Shown: piece after piece, positions 17,762-20,195 of the stretch
Numbering within the stretch: the first letter of the stretch is position 1
Layout: each line of letters begins with the position of its first letter
DNA from: Calditrichaceae bacterium
GTDB taxonomy: Bacteria; Calditrichota; Calditrichia; Calditrichales; JBFXGD01
DNA length: 20,195 bases
Direction: 5' to 3'
NCBI GenBank assembly: GCA_050178385.1
Contig: JBFXGD010000058.1
Location: 1-20,195 of the forward strand
Made by a program: the position numbers and the translations under genes
Notes under the pieces: generated by a model
What the model saw: only the letters and a program-made list of their open reading frames with translations
Told to the model about the DNA's origin: nothing
Database searches by the model: none

Positions 17762-19159
17762 TTAATTGTTCATTTTTTCATATGTAAGACCCAATTGATT
17801 GTCGATTTGTGCCAGACTGATCAGAGAATTATACTGTGATTCTATAAGTGTTTGTTCTGCAATCATCAGATTAACCTGCGCTTCTCTAACATCAAGAGTT
17901 GTACCCGCACCGATTTGATAACGTTCTTCCGCCAGTCTTAATTCCTCCTTCGAGGCTTCAAGATTCTGGCGGTTTATTTCAATAATAGATAGATAAGACT
18001 TGTAATTATCGTAGTACTGATAGATGGTTGATTTCAGGTTTCTTTTATATTCTTCGTAATTTTCATCGGCCGTGCGCTTCGCAATTTTTGCTTTCTGGAT
18101 ATTTACATAATCAGAGAATCCGTTGAACAAATTAAACGAGACGTAAATACCATATGAAAGTGTATAATTTTGATCATAGTTTGACCAGACACGGTCAATC
18201 TCTTCGTTCCTGCGGTCGTAGTTCAAATATAGTGAAATACTTGGCGATAACTGGCTCTTCGCAAGCGAAACCGATAATTTCTGTGAATTTATGTCCGCTT
18301 CATTCTTTTTGAGCAGTGGCTGATTAACAAAAGCTGTTTCTATTAAATCTTCAGGAGTTGGCAAAGATTCCGGAACATCCAAAGTCGCCTGAACTTTGAT
18401 TGGCTCCATAGGATCACGCCCCATGGCTAAGTTGAGTTTACTTTTTGCAGATCTGACAGCATTACCCTGAGTCAGCATAGAGATTTTATCATTGCCAAGG
18501 TTAACCTGAGAACGATATACATCCAGCCTGGCGGTAGCTCCCAATTCATACATTTTTTGCGTACGATTTAACTGTCCCTCGCTCCGCTGAACGGCCAGTT
18601 CGTATGCTTCAAGCAAACGTACCTGTTTCAGCAAATCAAAATAGGCTTCCTGTACCGCCAGAATTACGTTATTCCGGTCTGATTCAAGACCTAAATCCGA
18701 TGAACGCTTGTTTGCCTTTGCCTGACGGATCTGATTCCACCAGTTGCCGCCGTCAAACACCATCTGATCTACAGAGAGCCCGGCGTTATTTGTTTTACGA
18801 ATTGATTTCGCGGTTCTTCTTACTCTCTGCTCATAGATCACTTCACCGGTTACAGGATCAACACCAATCGGTTCATCACTCAGATAAACTGATGGTCCGG
18901 TTTCATATTCACCCTTTGACGCGCTGACATTTACCTTGGGAAGAATCCCTTCATAACTACCGAGTTCATCCAGTTTTGACGCATCATTTGAATACTCCGA
19001 AGTCTTTAGGCTTGAATTTTTCTCCAGGGCGACCTGAATGCACTCATCGAGGGTTAACATTTCCGGTGCATTACTTTCCTGAGCTTCGGTCAGACCGGTA
19101 AAAAGAAGCACCATGGTTAAAATCATTAATTTGTTAAGCACCTTATAGCTAACCTTCAT
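17762..19159 (-). CDS. TolC-family outer-membrane channel
   Basis: Signal peptide, LTLDECIQVALEKN, VQEAYFDLL, YELGATARLDV, NLFNGF, ERYQIGAGTTLDVREAQ repeats. Start at ATG 19159 after GAGGAG. Confidence 0.92.
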   Translation of the reverse strand: MKVSYKVLNKLMILTMVLLFTGLTEAQESNAPEMLTLDECIQVALEKNSSLKTSEYSNDASKLDELGSYEGILPKVNVSASKGEYETGPSVYLSDEPIGVDPVTGEVIYEQRVRRTAKSIRKTNNAGLSVDQMVFDGGNWWNQIRQAKANKRSSDLGLESDRNNVILAVQEAYFDLLKQVRLLEAYELAVQRSEGQLNRTQKMYELGATARLDVYRSQVNLGNDKISMLTQGNAVRSAKSKLNLAMGRDPMEPIKVQATLDVPESLPTPEDLIETAFVNQPLLKKNEADINSQKLSVSLAKSQLSPSISLYLNYDRRNEEIDRVWSNYDQNYTLSYGIYVSFNLFNGFSDYVNIQKAKIAKRTADENYEEYKRNLKSTIYQYYDNYKSYLSIIEINRQNLEASKEELRLAEERYQIGAGTTLDVREAQVNLMIAEQTLIESQYNSLISLAQIDNQLGLTYEKMNN

Positions 19160-19175
19160 TTTTGTTCTCCTCTGA

Positions 19176-19907
19176 TTAATTTCCAAAACCACCAAACATC
19201 TGACTAATACTGATTGAAATTACTGTATATATCAGGAATAATATGATAATTGCCGCGTAAGATTTTCCTTTACTGAATTTATAAATCACGCTAAACCCTA
19301 TCGACCAGACAATGATCTTCCATATTGAAAAGATATCCACGGCGTTGAGAATTTTAAATATTAATGTCTTCGATTCTCCCGGATCCATGAATATCGCAAG
19401 ACTCGTATACACATTAAAAGAGCCTTTACTGAGAAATAACGGTAACTTGATTAACCCCTCCAGCACCCCAATTAATCCCGCCCATGAATACAACGCGAAG
19501 TTCTGAATAAAAGTCGCTTTGCCTCCGTATATAAAATTTCCAAAAACCATAAATGCCAGGGCTGCAACCGAATATGCGGCAAACACCCAAAAAACCAGTC
19601 CTGCGGCCGGTATTAACACCGAACGAACCAGTGACTGATCCTCCATACCTTGTAGAATTTCATCTTTTTGTTCCTCGGGAATCTGTTCCGAATTCAGAAT
19701 AAATTCCTGCTGTGTTTTTTTCTGAATGTCCACCGTTAGGTAGATCGTTGACAATCCAATCAAAAGAGCGAGAGAAACAGGGAAAATCCAATCCGGATAC
19801 ACCCTAAGATTTTCAAAAACCACAGCCGGTTCGGTGAATATCTTCGTGATTTTTGTCCATGTGGTTAATTTGATTACTGAATCGTAGTTTGTTTTTACTT
19901 CCGACAT
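19176..19907 (-). CDS. Yip1-family (YknW-like) membrane protein
   Basis: IFTEPAVVFENL....W..P N-terminal Yip1 pattern, several TM segments, GGKATF, DIFSIW...W..G...IYKFSKGKS; SD AAGGAG; first gene of the exporter operon. Confidence 0.82.
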   Translation of the reverse strand: MSEVKTNYDSVIKLTTWTKITKIFTEPAVVFENLRVYPDWIFPVSLALLIGLSTIYLTVDIQKKTQQEFILNSEQIPEEQKDEILQGMEDQSLVRSVLIPAAGLVFWVFAAYSVAALAFMVFGNFIYGGKATFIQNFALYSWAGLIGVLEGLIKLPLFLSKGSFNVYTSLAIFMDPGESKTLIFKILNAVDIFSIWKIIVWSIGFSVIYKFSKGKSYAAIIILFLIYTVISISISQMFGGFGN

Positions 19908-19938
19908 GGTTAAATCTCCTTTGATTGAGGTACGTAGA

Positions 19939-19965
19939 TAGACGTGATAGACAGAAAAAAGTTGC
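19939..19965 (-). promoter_or_regulatory. Putative ECF-sigma promoter of the exporter operon
   Basis: Minus strand GCAAC-TTTTTTCTGTCTATCA (16 nt)-CGTCTA, about 30 nt upstream of the Yip1 ATG; resembles the AAC-N16-CGT ECF consensus. Confidence 0.6.
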
Positions 19966-20072
19966 GATTCTTTTCTAATATTACAAATATGAATACAAAA
20001 TATTCAAATTTTATTATTTTTTGTAAGAACACGAATCAGGAAGGATTAATCTGCGGCTGATCACAACTGACT

Positions 20073-20195
20073 TTAGAATTCTTTGTAAACCCTTGCCAGG
20101 GATTTGCCGGGAGCATCGATTTTAATATCAAGAAAGTATCCAAACGGAGTCTGAGTGACATTATAGCCCGTATTATCGAGCCTCGTCTCAACACG
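20073..20195 (-). CDS. 3' end of a protein resembling the archaeal-type threonyl-tRNA synthetase editing domain (partial)
   Basis: Manual translation from the window edge: RVETRLDNTGYNVTQTPFGYFLDIKIDAPGKSLARVYKEF* (TAA at 20075-20073). PFGY...G..LA resembles the C-terminus of the tRNA-Thr_ED domain as I recall it. Not in the ORF track. Confidence 0.7.
   Translation of the reverse strand, partial: RVETRLDNTGYNVTQTPFGYFLDIKIDAPGKSLARVYKEF

Noticed and set aside
215..19506. The many short antisense or alternate-frame ORFs in the track (for example 215..505, 1618..1905, 3153..3491, 6054..6407, 7392..7817, 9865..10410, 13789..14118, 16640..17011, 18604..18927)
   Set aside because: All lie within or almost wholly within genes of clear family identity and show no recognisable motifs; treated as shadow ORFs.
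1058..20057. 11-nt match TAATCTGCGGC at 1058-1068 and 20047-20057
   Set aside because: Repeats of 11 nt are expected many times by chance in 20 kb; the match does not extend and there is no integrase or transposase.

Overview
Gene-dense bacterial chromosomal window with no mobile element, CRISPR array, rRNA or tRNA detected. It probably comes from a diderm FCB-related lineage outside Bacteroidota (for example Calditrichota/KSB1-like); this is inference only. Left to right: (1) the tail of an upstream gene and a terminator; (2) an alpha/beta hydrolase; (3) a stand-alone TrpB2; (4) a bidirectional terminator; (5) a tightly coupled minus-strand operon: REC-PATAN(DUF4388)-ODP-like di-iron/MBL-fold protein, GT4 glycosyltransferase, two CX5HGH-type 6-pyruvoyl-tetrahydropterin synthases, folE and a sepiapterin-reductase-like SDR; (6) a coiled-coil hypothetical protein; (7) a sigma70 promoter and TPP riboswitch ahead of a TonB-dependent receptor, thiN and a Na+/solute symporter (thiamine uptake and salvage); (8) a minus-strand Yip1/YknW-TolC-MFP-ABC ATPase-2x MacB-type permease export operon behind an ECF-sigma-like promoter; (9) the 3' end of a gene resembling the archaeal-type ThrRS editing domain. 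The best candidate for an undescribed system is (5): a complete predicted tetrahydrobiopterin-glycoside pathway headed by a response regulator fused to a putative O2/Fe-sensing domain with an altered metal motif.
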